Of a DNA stretch of 32,000 nt, positions 1 to 8,251 are shown piece by piece (positions within the stretch are counted from its first letter, which is position 1; every line of letters begins with the position of its first letter). The notes under the pieces are model-generated. The model was not told where the DNA came from. It worked only from the letters and a program-made list of their open reading frames with translations, and did not search any database. This DNA is from Erysipelotrichaceae bacterium OH741_COT-311. Its GTDB lineage: Bacteria > Bacillota_I > Bacilli_A > Erysipelotrichales > Erysipelotrichaceae. The position numbers and the translations under genes were made by a program. The stretch is taken from NCBI GenBank assembly GCA_003858585.1, contig RQZE01000008.1, forward strand, positions 30,001-62,000, written 5' to 3'.

Positions 1-632
1 TGCAGGATATAAAAGACTATAAACCTCAACATCGTAGTCTTGGCTCAGGTCAAGTCCTACATGAAGTCTATAACTTTGAAGATGCTTTATTGGTTGTCAA
101 GGAAATGGTAGATCAATTAGCGCTGGATCTAACGGAAAAACAATTAGTAACCAATCAACTGGTATTAACTGTTGGATATGATACTTGTAATGTGGATAAG
201 TATTTCCAAGGAAATACTACGATAGATCCTTATGGACGTAAGCTCCCTAAAAACGCCCATGGAAGTATCAAGCTGCCTTATTATACTTATTGTTCTTCCC
301 TTATGACTTCCTCCATTGAAACCCTGTTTCATCAAATTGTAAAGTCTGACTTATGGATCAAACGGTTAAATATTTCATTGATGAATGTCATAACAAAACA
401 GGAAGCCAATCAGAAAATAGAAGTTGCACAAGTAAGTATCTTTGATACAGCACAATTCTTAGATCAACAAAAAAACCTAGATAAAGATAGAAAGCGTGAA
501 GAACAATTACAGGCTTCTTTACTTAAGATTAAAAAGAAATATGGAAAAAATGCTATCTTAAAAGCAAGAAGTTTTACCGAAAAGGCAACTGCTAAACAAC
601 GTAATCAACAAATTGGGGGACATAAAGCATGA
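1..632 (+). CDS. Y-family translesion DNA polymerase (UmuC/UvrX/ImpB type), C-terminal part; 5' end lies outside the window
   Basis: The reading frame is open from nt 3, with no stop before the listed ATG at 90, so the gene enters from the left edge. The upstream codons read ...HRSLGSGQVLHEVYNFEDALLVVKEM. The C-terminal ...RNQQIGGHKA tail resembles Firmicute UvrX/UmuC-type polymerases. Its stop overlaps the next start (ATGA at 629-632), and the next gene is YolD-like, the usual partner. Confidence 0.7.
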   Translation, partial: QDIKDYKPQHRSLGSGQVLHEVYNFEDALLVVKEMVDQLALDLTEKQLVTNQLVLTVGYDTCNVDKYFQGNTTIDPYGRKLPKNAHGSIKLPYYTYCSSLMTSSIETLFHQIVKSDLWIKRLNISLMNVITKQEANQKIEVAQVSIFDTAQFLDQQKNLDKDRKREEQLQASLLKIKKKYGKNAILKARSFTEKATAKQRNQQIGGHKA

Positions 633-1045
633 GTCAAGATGAACTTTCTTATACACAAACCTATGTAAAGTCGAAACGTCATCCATGGATGTCTAATTTT
701 GATCGTGCTGCTCAATTTGCCCCGTTTGCCGCTTTAACCGGACACAAGGAAACCTTAGATGAAACTGCTCGTTATGTTTCTAAAAAACGATCGTTAAGTC
801 AAGATGCTTTCGATTTATTAAATCAAAAAATTCAACTGCTCATACAGCATAAAGAGGAAAACCCTTTGATTACCGTTACCTATTTTTTAAAAGACTCTTT
901 AAAAGAAGGTGGATGTTATGTCACGCTTTCTTCAACAATGCGTAACATAGATCATCAAGGTTACTTACATCTGGAAGATGATACAAAGATTTTACTTGAT
1001 GATATTTTGGAAATAGACTCTTCCTTATTTCAGGACTATTTCTAA
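629..1045 (+). CDS. YolD-like protein (accessory partner of the Y-family polymerase)
   Basis: 138-aa ORF translationally coupled to the polymerase gene. The N-terminal ...DRAAQFAPFAALTGHKE segment resembles the conserved W/F-APFAAL-PE core of YolD-like proteins. Position directly downstream of uvrX/umuC-like genes is typical. Confidence 0.55.
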   Translation: MSQDELSYTQTYVKSKRHPWMSNFDRAAQFAPFAALTGHKETLDETARYVSKKRSLSQDAFDLLNQKIQLLIQHKEENPLITVTYFLKDSLKEGGCYVTLSSTMRNIDHQGYLHLEDDTKILLDDILEIDSSLFQDYF

Positions 1046-1142
1046 ACAAAATCTACGTTTATTATCCTAATACATTGTCTATATGATAGAATAAGATAAA
1101 AGAATTTCATATTTTATTCAAGCTACAAGGAGTAATCAAACC

Positions 1143-1394
1143 ATAAAGACCTTAAAAAAGATTATTACCAAAAAATTTATTAATCACTTAGCATTTGCCT
1201 CAAATTTTGCTGTATTTATTTCAAGTTTTTTCTTTCAAAATTATATATATGTAGTGATATTATATTTGATTTTCTTATTGGTTACTATCATATGTAAACT
1301 AATTATAAAAGATACAAAAGATATTGTATTTGATTTGTTTTTGATGCTGTTTGTGATACTGCTTATAGTATTAAGACAAATGAACATGATTTAA
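1143..1394 (+). CDS. possible small (about 83 aa) three-helix membrane protein with a non-canonical start, or a start-less pseudogene
   Basis: My own translation shows an open frame from 1095 to the TAA at 1392-1394. The only in-frame ATG is far downstream at 1344. A strong SD (AAGGAG, 1127-1132) is followed 10 nt later by in-frame ATA (1143). The product ...KKFINHLAFASNFAVFISSFFFQNYIYVVILYLIFLLVTIICKLIIKDTKDIVFDLFLMLFVILLIVLRQMNMI has three hydrophobic segments separated by K/D-rich loops. An extended -10 (TGATAGAAT, about 1085-1093) lies upstream. Confidence 0.25.
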   Translation: MKTLKKIITKKFINHLAFASNFAVFISSFFFQNYIYVVILYLIFLLVTIICKLIIKDTKDIVFDLFLMLFVILLIVLRQMNMI

Positions 1395-1400
1395 TAAACA

Positions 1401-1440
1401 AAAAGGATATTCACTAGTAAGTAGATGAAGATCCTTTTTT
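1401..1440. terminator. weak, possibly bidirectional hairpin between the convergent 1095-1394 ORF and the methyltransferase gene
   Basis: AAAAGGAT (1401-1408) pairs with ATCCTTTT (1431-1438), and T/A runs flank both sides. The loop is long (22 nt) and contains the last codons of the minus-strand gene, so terminator function is uncertain. Confidence 0.3.
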
Positions 1441-2265
1441 AAATTGCATTTTAATAATTGCCATCTTAAAGATGTCATCTCCAATTTTGGCTAAAAAGCG
1501 ATGCAGAAATCCAATGGAAGGCACTTTCATATCATAGTAACCTAACATATAACCTTTGCTAGATACTTCAGTAGTTGAAAACCACTGTATCTCTTTTAGA
1601 TTTTCAACGTAGAAATAACCTCCGACATCTTTAATACCCATGTTCTTAAGTGTTTTTGACAACATCAATTTTAATCCTTTTTTACCAACCGTATCAAACA
1701 CCAAGACTCCACCGGGAAACTTTAAAGACATCTTATGAAGTAAAGTTTTTACTTCTTCCTTTTGAAAATAATGAAAAACGCCAGCTGCAAAAAAGAATAC
1801 GCCTTGACTTCCATCAATCTCATCCATCCAACGTTCATCTTTTAAATCCATCGCAATGTTTCTTTCATTCTCACTTAGTGGTATTAGACAATTACGGACT
1901 TCAATAATCTTTGGAAAATCAATATTTACAATACGACATTGTCCATTATCACATGTCTTACCTGTTTGATCTAAACCACATCCTAGATTCACAATGGTAG
2001 CTTTAGGATGTTGCTTTAAATATGCCTTTAGTTCCCACATTATATCCAATTGACGCATAGCAGCTTCCAAAGCTCCAAACTCATAGAAAAAAGAAGCTTT
2101 CTTTTTTTCTAAGGAAGAAAAATCATAATCAAGACGCTGACATAATTCTTTCGCCAACTCATCTTGATAGAGTTCCGGAAATCTTTCTGAACACATCTTA
2201 CGCCCATAAAGAGGAATGATTAATGTTTCTTGTACGGTGTTTTTTTCAATATGTAGTTTATTCAT
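1414..2265 (-). CDS. class I SAM-dependent O-methyltransferase, TcmP / leucine-carboxyl-methyltransferase-like family
   Basis: 283-aa ORF. The N-terminal ...ETLIIPLYGRK... and the SAM-binding motif IVNLGCGLDQTG are typical of the TcmP/LCM (COG3315-type) family. The start lies 6 nt after the stop of the upstream 56-aa ORF. Confidence 0.7.
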   Translation of the reverse strand: MNKLHIEKNTVQETLIIPLYGRKMCSERFPELYQDELAKELCQRLDYDFSSLEKKKASFFYEFGALEAAMRQLDIMWELKAYLKQHPKATIVNLGCGLDQTGKTCDNGQCRIVNIDFPKIIEVRNCLIPLSENERNIAMDLKDERWMDEIDGSQGVFFFAAGVFHYFQKEEVKTLLHKMSLKFPGGVLVFDTVGKKGLKLMLSKTLKNMGIKDVGGYFYVENLKEIQWFSTTEVSSKGYMLGYYDMKVPSIGFLHRFLAKIGDDIFKMAIIKMQFKKGSSSTY

Positions 2266-2271
2266 ATTATC

Positions 2272-2442
2272 CTACAACTTATTTCTACTCTGTAATAAAC
2301 CCATCACAATAACTACATTTGAAACACCATAAAGCATAATTGTTAACTCTTGACTAAAATGAAAATGTCTTCTTGAAAAACTCGCTACCATTAATAAGAT
2401 TAAACCTAAAATTACAATATATTTTCCTTGTCGTTTAAACAT
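2272..2442 (-). CDS. small membrane protein, 56 aa (below the ORF-track size cut-off)
   Basis: Hand translation: MFKRQGKYIVILGLILLMVASFSRRHFHFSQELTIMLYGVSNVVIVMGLLQSRNKL, with two hydrophobic helices. A perfect SD (AAGGAG, complement of 2449-2454) sits 6 nt before the ATG (2442-2440). The ORF is tightly packed between the 90-aa ORF stop (2454) and the methyltransferase start (2265). Confidence 0.5.
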   Translation of the reverse strand: MFKRQGKYIVILGLILLMVASFSRRHFHFSQELTIMLYGVSNVVIVMGLLQSRNKL

Positions 2443-2453
2443 CGTTTACTCCT

Positions 2454-2726
2454 TTACTTTCTTTTTAATAACGTTAATCCATTCATAAAAATAGAAGCCC
2501 CCACCATGAGCCATGTATATGCCGATAACGTTGGCACTACATCTTCCAATGCACTATAATCCTGATTCACAATCCATTTTGCTGAGCCACTATAAAACCC
2601 ACACATAGTAAGAGCTGTACACGACAAAGCAATAAAACGTAGATACTTTGTTTCTTTTCCTTGTCCATAAGCAATAAGATTAAGAAATGTTGCAACAATT
2701 GCCAAAGTTCCGAATATTAACCACAT
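2454..2726 (-). CDS. small polytopic membrane protein, 90 aa, function unknown
   Basis: ORF with SD AAAAGGAG upstream of the ATG. It has three hydrophobic segments. It is the first gene of a three-gene minus-strand unit. Confidence 0.6.
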   Translation of the reverse strand: MWLIFGTLAIVATFLNLIAYGQGKETKYLRFIALSCTALTMCGFYSGSAKWIVNQDYSALEDVVPTLSAYTWLMVGASIFMNGLTLLKRK

Positions 2727-2821
2727 AGTATTCTCCTTTTATGTATAAAAATTATTACTGTCTCAAGTGTTGGATACATATTTTTAATTTTCATCCAATA
2801 CTCTTTACCCATTATGCTACT

Positions 2822-2850
2822 ATTATATTTTAAAAAAGATTATCCATCAA
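2822..2850 (-). promoter_or_regulatory. sigma-A-type promoter for the 90aa / 56aa / methyltransferase unit
   Basis: On the minus strand: TTGATG (2850-2845), a 17-nt spacer, then TATAAT (2827-2822), about 95 nt upstream of the 2726 start. Confidence 0.5.
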
Positions 2851-2930
2851 ATCTTCATATAGTTTCAATCCTCTGTTTACATAAGCACCTATCTTTTCTA
2901 TCGCCTCACTGCTTCATTTCATACCATCAT

Positions 2931-3422
2931 TTAATATATAAATACTATAATTTTAGCTAAGAGAAAAGACACTACCAATAAAACAGGAACAAAGAGCATT
3001 CTCTTTTTTATTACATCTATAACATTAGGTATATACTCATTATCTTTGATACCTTTAATTTTTAACCTCTGACTATTCTTGGTCCATAAAATATCCATAA
3101 CCAGTCCATCAAAGATATTCCAAGATTGAAGAAAAATATTTAATTGAATAAAAGCTTCTTTAAACTCATGAATTTCATTCCACGATCCAACAATGAATAT
3201 CAAACTTCCAAACATTAAAACAATAAATGAAGAATAAAATATAATCTTATTTCTTTGAACCGTTTTATAATCTGTATAACCAAATGCAACAACTTTATCT
3301 ATAACGGATTTAGGATAAAAATACACAATATTAATCGCATTACCTCTAAATGATAAAGCCACTAATAATGTAAACAACAAACAATATAAAACGACTTGTA
3401 GTAAGATATTCATTTTAAACAT
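2931..3422 (-). CDS. polytopic membrane protein, function unknown
   Basis: 163-aa ORF with hydrophobic helices at the N-terminus, middle and C-terminus. The SD AGGAGG lies only 2 nt from the first ATG, so the ATG at 3413 (MNILLQ...) is an alternative start. It lies 36 nt downstream of the ATC-hydrolase-like gene on the same strand. Confidence 0.6.
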   Translation of the reverse strand: MFKMNILLQVVLYCLLFTLLVALSFRGNAINIVYFYPKSVIDKVVAFGYTDYKTVQRNKIIFYSSFIVLMFGSLIFIVGSWNEIHEFKEAFIQLNIFLQSWNIFDGLVMDILWTKNSQRLKIKGIKDNEYIPNVIDVIKKRMLFVPVLLVVSFLLAKIIVFIY

Positions 3423-3458
3423 GACCTCCTTTCATTATTATGATTTAAAGATCAACAA

Positions 3459-4100
3459 TTATTTAGGATTTTTGATTTTATCTCCAACAATCCAAAAATC
3501 ACACATTTCATCTCCCTTTGCTAATGTTTTATACCTATATAATTTTGCTTTTCTAGTTTTAATTGTAAGATGATCCAATTCACAAAATATAGGAGTTATT
3601 TCTTCTAAATTATTATCTTTAAAGAATTTAGCGATTGGACATTTCGTAAAGTAATAATAAAAACCATCTTGATGACTATCATCAAAATTAAATTTCCAAG
3701 TTTCCGGATACTCTTTACGATGACACTCTGCCCATTGAGAATTCTTATGTATGGTCTCTTTAAATTTCTTTAAATCTTTGGGATTGTTATAATCTTTCTT
3801 GCCCATTAAGTTTAATAATAAAGGATCTGATAAAGTAACTCTCATGATTTCTTTCAAATCTTCGGAAGTTATTTTACCTTCACTTCCTTGCATAAAGGAA
3901 AAAAACAACAGACAAAAATATAAATTAGAAGCCATAGGATTTTTCTCACCAATATCATCTGCTTTATTTAATAATTTTCTGTATTCAACTTTGGCATTTC
4001 TAACAATCACTGTAACATCTTCCTTACTATATTTTGTTTTTAAGGCTCTTTTTATAAAAGGCTTCATCAAAAACCAATATATGGGTTTATACTTTAACAT
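3459..4100 (-). CDS. L-2-amino-thiazoline-4-carboxylic acid (ATC) hydrolase-family protein
   Basis: The C-terminal pattern ...YYYFTKCPIAKFFKDNNLEEITPIFCELDHLTIK...GDEMCDFWIVG matches my recollection of the ATC_hydrolase family Cys-containing core. The track start at 4106 is GTG. The ATG at 4100 sits 5 nt after the SD GAGAGG (4111-4106) and is preferred. Confidence 0.5.
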   Translation of the reverse strand: MLKYKPIYWFLMKPFIKRALKTKYSKEDVTVIVRNAKVEYRKLLNKADDIGEKNPMASNLYFCLLFFSFMQGSEGKITSEDLKEIMRVTLSDPLLLNLMGKKDYNNPKDLKKFKETIHKNSQWAECHRKEYPETWKFNFDDSHQDGFYYYFTKCPIAKFFKDNNLEEITPIFCELDHLTIKTRKAKLYRYKTLAKGDEMCDFWIVGDKIKNPK

Positions 4101-4350
4101 TTTCACCTCTCAATAACACTAAATGTATGTATAAGATATTGTTTATTTCATTATAACACTAATAAAGTATGTTTACTTATTTCTACAATAAATATCATCA
4201 AACTTTAATTTTTACTTCCTTTCTTTAGAAATATTGATTACTTAGACTATACATACATCTTTTATTTCTTTATATTCTTTGTTTCATTCACATTATTCTT
4301 TACCGAAGCCTTGTTTAAAAAATTAATCTATAATTATGCTTTTATTAATA

Positions 4351-4380
4351 TTAAAAAAGATTAGACTAATCTAATCTTTT
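4351..4380 (-). terminator. rho-independent terminator of the lipoprotein gene
   Basis: The minus strand reads AAAAGATTAG-ATTAGT-CTAATCTTTT followed by TT. This is a 10-bp perfect stem (4355-4364 with 4371-4380) and a 6-nt loop, ending in a T-run, 7 nt after the stop. Confidence 0.65.
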
Positions 4381-4386
4381 AAATAC

Positions 4387-5463
4387 TTATTTTTTTACCA
4401 CACTAACTCTTTTAAAGCCAGGCTTAAAGTTTTCTGTAATGTTGGCAATCACTTCGTAAGTATTTTCAACCAAGTCATACTTAATTAACAAATCACTTGC
4501 ATACGCATAGTTCTTATCTCGATAACCACAGATTAAGTAGCGGCTATCTTTAGTCAAATAGAAAATATCCAAAATGTTCTTAGGTGGATCTATACCCAAG
4601 ATACCGGGAGTTGTTTCTTTCGTTTTTCTATTATAAGTTAAAAAGCCATCATAATTTACTTTCGTTATTGATTTTTCACAATCTAAAGTTGAATCATACA
4701 AGTAATAAATTATATAGTCATCATTTGCGACAATTTGATTCACTGCACCAGTTCGAGTTGTTGTGATATATGATAATTCTCCGTCTTTATAACTATACAA
4801 ATCGTTGGTAGGATAATTGAACATTTTTACCGTTTCTTGAGCTTCTATCGCGTTATATAATGCACTTTCTGAAACAATCGTTGTGATGAGTTCCTCGGTG
4901 ATAGGATTATAGTTACTTTTTTGAAATCCTTTATCAATATCTTCTTCAAGTAAGGTAGATTTATTTGTTAGTAAATCAAATTTGCTTAGTGCAATTCTAT
5001 GTTCACCATACGTCCCTGACAATACATACAATTCATCATTATTATCGTAAAATAGATAATTATTTCTATAATAAACATTATTGGTTAATTTCTTCTTTTC
5101 CTTGGTTTTATAATTATAAGAATAAATTTGATCACCATCGTTATTTCGATAATCTTCAGGTCCTGCTAAATAGTGACGATCAGCAAAATAGATTGTATTT
5201 TTTTTAAAATCAACGGTTGCACCTGCTATGTAAAAGAAGGCATCAAACTCAGCTAATTTTTCTACTTTTCCATTTTTTAAGTTGATTGTGGAAAAGTTAA
5301 CCTTTGTTTGACCGGTTTTTTCTTCATAATATCCACGCTCAGCATTTTTAATGAAAATATATAAGTTATTTTCATCGTTTTTTACAGTATTTGTATTACA
5401 GGCAGATGTAAATAGCAATAAAATAACAATACATATTATTTTTAGATGTTTAAATATTCTCAT
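4387..5463 (-). CDS. lipoprotein of unknown function, possibly a beta-propeller-like fold
   Basis: The signal peptide plus lipobox is MRIFKHLKIICIVILLLFTSAC. The mature part is rich in Y/N/D with recurring Y-x-Y/L-Y-x-x-D strand-like segments. It has SD AGAGGAAG and is monocistronic, with its own terminator. Confidence 0.6.
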   Translation of the reverse strand: MRIFKHLKIICIVILLLFTSACNTNTVKNDENNLYIFIKNAERGYYEEKTGQTKVNFSTINLKNGKVEKLAEFDAFFYIAGATVDFKKNTIYFADRHYLAGPEDYRNNDGDQIYSYNYKTKEKKKLTNNVYYRNNYLFYDNNDELYVLSGTYGEHRIALSKFDLLTNKSTLLEEDIDKGFQKSNYNPITEELITTIVSESALYNAIEAQETVKMFNYPTNDLYSYKDGELSYITTTRTGAVNQIVANDDYIIYYLYDSTLDCEKSITKVNYDGFLTYNRKTKETTPGILGIDPPKNILDIFYLTKDSRYLICGYRDKNYAYASDLLIKYDLVENTYEVIANITENFKPGFKRVSVVKK

Positions 5464-5606
5464 AATCTTCCTCTGTATTATTTATTAATAAAATAATAAG
5501 TTATTTTACAAATTTATATAAGTCTTTCATTTTCTAAATTGTAATGATAAAATAGATGTAATTGTTATTTATTTTATCATACCATACAGATTATTTTCCA
5601 TTTATA

Positions 5607-5640
5607 GTAAAAAAGATAGCTTATGAATTCGCTATCTTTT
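5607..5640 (-). terminator. rho-independent terminator after fhs
   Basis: The minus strand reads AAAAGATAGC-GAATTCATAA-GCTATCTTTT followed by TT. The stem is 10 bp (5611-5620 with 5631-5640) and is followed by a T-run. Confidence 0.7.
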
Positions 5641-5665
5641 TAATATTATTTTTTTATATACTTTG

Positions 5666-7333
5666 TTAGAAAATACCGTAGACTTTTCCGTTTTCATTTA
5701 CACCCATATGGATGGCTGCCGGATCTTTTGGCAAACCTGGCATTGTAAGGATATTCCCGACTTTTACCACAATGAAACCGGCTCCTAAGGAAACTTGTAA
5801 ATCACTTACATGAATGGTAAAGTCTTTTGGTGCTCCCATAATACTTGAATCATCCGTAAAAGAAGATGGTGTTTTTGCCATACAGATTGGTAATGCATCC
5901 CAACCATGTTTATAAATGGTTTCAAGTGCTTGTTTGGCTTGTTGACTATATTCTACATGAGCACCACCATATATTTTTTGTACTATATCTAAAATCTTAT
6001 CTTCAACACGTTGATTTACATCATATAAATATGTAAACTCACTGTTTTTTTCACATAGCTTTATTACTGTTTCGGCAAGTTTTACACTTCCCTGACTTCC
6101 TTGAGCATAACTTTCATTGATTACACAAATAATGCCTTTATCACTGCACCATTGCATTAAAGTGCTTAATTCTTCGTTGGTATCACTTTTAAATTTATTG
6201 ATACTTACACAATATGGAACTTTAAAGCGACTAATCGAATCGATATGTTTTTCTAAGTTAGCAATTCCTTTTTTCAGTGCTTCGATGTTTTCTTCTTCCA
6301 ATTGATCTTGGTTGATTCCACCATGCATCTTTAAAGCACGAATGGTCGCGACAATTACAACTGCATTTGGTTTTATATTGGCACTACGACATTTAATATT
6401 CATAAACTTTTCAGCGCCAAGGTCTGCCCCAAAGCCAGCTTCGGTTACAACATAATCTGATAATTTTAATGCCATCTTGGTTGCGATAATACTATTACAA
6501 CCATGAGCGATATTGGCAAATGGACCACCATGAATCAAGATGGGTGTATGTTCTAATGTTTGTACTAGATTTGGCTTAATTGCTTCTTTCATAATGATGC
6601 ATAAAGCCCCTTGAATACCTAAGTCTTTAATATATACCGGTTTATCATCATACGTATAGGCAACTATGGCATTGCCTACCTTTTCTTTAAAATCATGTAA
6701 ATCTTCCGATAGACACAAGATTGCCATAATTTCAGTAGCTACTGTAATTACAAAACCATCTTGTCTTAAAATACCATTGGTTTCTTTATTTTGCGCAATG
6801 GTAATATCACGCAACGTACGATCATTACAATCTAAACAACGCTTCCAAACTACTTTGGTTGGATCAATATTTAACGGATTCCCTTGATATAAACTATTAT
6901 CCAATACAGCACTTACAAGGTTATTCGCTGTTGTGATGGCATGCATATCGCCCGTAAAATGTAGATTAATATCTTCCATTGGTACTACCTGTGCATAGCC
7001 TCCACCCGTTGCTCCACCTTTTAAACCAAAGACAGGTCCTAACGATGGCTCACGCAAACAACCAATGACCATTTTATTTAAGCGACTTAATCCATCTGCT
7101 AAACCGATGGTCGTTGTAGATTTTCCCTCTCCTGCTTTCGTTGGTGAAATAGCCGTTACTAAAATAAGTTTCCCATTTTGATTATCTTGTAGTTTATGCA
7201 TAATGGATAAATCAATTTTTGCTTTATCATTACCATAACGTTCAAGATATTGTCCATCAATTTTAGCAAAACGAGCAATCTTTTCAATTTCTTCAAGCTT
7301 AGTTTCTTGTGCTATTTGAATATCTGATTTCAT
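5666..7333 (-). CDS. fhs: formate--tetrahydrofolate ligase
   Basis: Full-length Fhs-like protein with P-loop PTKAGEGKSTTTIGL. The track start at 7339 is TTG. The ATG at 7333 (MKSDIQIAQ...) lies 6 nt after the SD AGGGGG and matches the usual Fhs N-terminus. Confidence 0.95.
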   Translation of the reverse strand: MKSDIQIAQETKLEEIEKIARFAKIDGQYLERYGNDKAKIDLSIMHKLQDNQNGKLILVTAISPTKAGEGKSTTTIGLADGLSRLNKMVIGCLREPSLGPVFGLKGGATGGGYAQVVPMEDINLHFTGDMHAITTANNLVSAVLDNSLYQGNPLNIDPTKVVWKRCLDCNDRTLRDITIAQNKETNGILRQDGFVITVATEIMAILCLSEDLHDFKEKVGNAIVAYTYDDKPVYIKDLGIQGALCIIMKEAIKPNLVQTLEHTPILIHGGPFANIAHGCNSIIATKMALKLSDYVVTEAGFGADLGAEKFMNIKCRSANIKPNAVVIVATIRALKMHGGINQDQLEEENIEALKKGIANLEKHIDSISRFKVPYCVSINKFKSDTNEELSTLMQWCSDKGIICVINESYAQGSQGSVKLAETVIKLCEKNSEFTYLYDVNQRVEDKILDIVQKIYGGAHVEYSQQAKQALETIYKHGWDALPICMAKTPSSFTDDSSIMGAPKDFTIHVSDLQVSLGAGFIVVKVGNILTMPGLPKDPAAIHMGVNENGKVYGIF

Positions 7334-7343
7334 ATACAACCCC

Positions 7344-7937
7344 CTATTTATCTATTGACTTTCGACCTGCAAAAGAATGTATTAAGGTTAATTCATCTGC
7401 ATAATCTAAATGTCCACCCATTGGTAATCCTTGTGCTAAACGAGTTACTAAGACTTGTTTATCTTGTAAAAACTTATTTAAGTATAAGGCTGTAGTTTCT
7501 CCATCCAACGTTAAGTTGGTTGCGACAATAATTTCCTGCGTATCTTCTTCAATACGATTCTTTAAAGATTCAAACTGTAAATCTTGAGGCATAATGCCTT
7601 TGGAAGTTGAAATAAGACCACCTAATACATGATATACCCCATCATAACTATTGGTCTTTTCAATCGATAACACATCCTTAGCCGATGCAACTACACAGAT
7701 AAGTTTTTGATTACGGCTAGGATCTTTACAGATTGGACACAGGGTATCTTCCGCAAGATTAAAACAGGTTTGACAACGTTTAATCGTTAGACTATCTTTT
7801 AAAGCTTCACTATAAGCATTTATTTCTTCCGGATCTTTATCAAGCAAATAAAAGGCATAACGCTCAGCTGTTTTTGCACCTACTCCAGGCAAACAACGAA
7901 AGAAATCCACTAACTTTTCAAACTGTTTGGGATACAT
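7344..7937 (-). CDS. recR: recombination protein RecR
   Basis: It has the N-terminal HhH motif LPGVGAKTAERYAF, the zinc finger CQTCFNLAEDTLCPIC and a Toprim region. Its start overlaps the ybaB stop (TAATG). Confidence 0.95.
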   Translation of the reverse strand: MYPKQFEKLVDFFRCLPGVGAKTAERYAFYLLDKDPEEINAYSEALKDSLTIKRCQTCFNLAEDTLCPICKDPSRNQKLICVVASAKDVLSIEKTNSYDGVYHVLGGLISTSKGIMPQDLQFESLKNRIEEDTQEIIVATNLTLDGETTALYLNKFLQDKQVLVTRLAQGLPMGGHLDYADELTLIHSFAGRKSIDK

Positions 7938-8245
7938 TAAAACATACCAGGAACTTTAATGCCCGCTGTCAATGCATCCATTTTTTCAGCACGATCATCA
8001 CTTGCCTTTGTAAGGGCATCATTTATAGCAATCATCACTAAATCTTGTAATATATCCTTATCTTCTTTATTGATTAATTCTTCAGCAATTTCAAGCGATA
8101 ATACTTTTTGTTCCCCGGAAACGGTAACCACTACTTGATTATTGCTTGCACTACCTTCATAAACTTGAGCTTTTAGTGCTTCTTCTTGTTTTGCTAAATC
8201 TCTTTGCATTTGTTGTGCTTGCTTCATTAATTTACTTAAATCCAT
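7937..8245 (-). CDS. ybaB: YbaB/EbfC-family nucleoid-associated protein
   Basis: 102 aa, beginning ...MKQAQQMQRDLAKQEEAL... It occupies the conserved position between dnaX and recR. Confidence 0.9.
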   Translation of the reverse strand: MDLSKLMKQAQQMQRDLAKQEEALKAQVYEGSASNNQVVVTVSGEQKVLSLEIAEELINKEDKDILQDLVMIAINDALTKASDDRAEKMDALTAGIKVPGMF

Positions 8246-8251
8246 ACTTCT

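Noticed and set aside
2768-2800. An inverted repeat GTGTTGGAT...ATCCAATAC in the 5' UTR of the 90-aa membrane protein gene, as a possible riboswitch or attenuator.
   Set aside because: It is a single 9-bp stem with one mismatch, no U-tract, no alternative pairing and no recognisable riboswitch core. It is too little to call and is mentioned only under the cluster finding.
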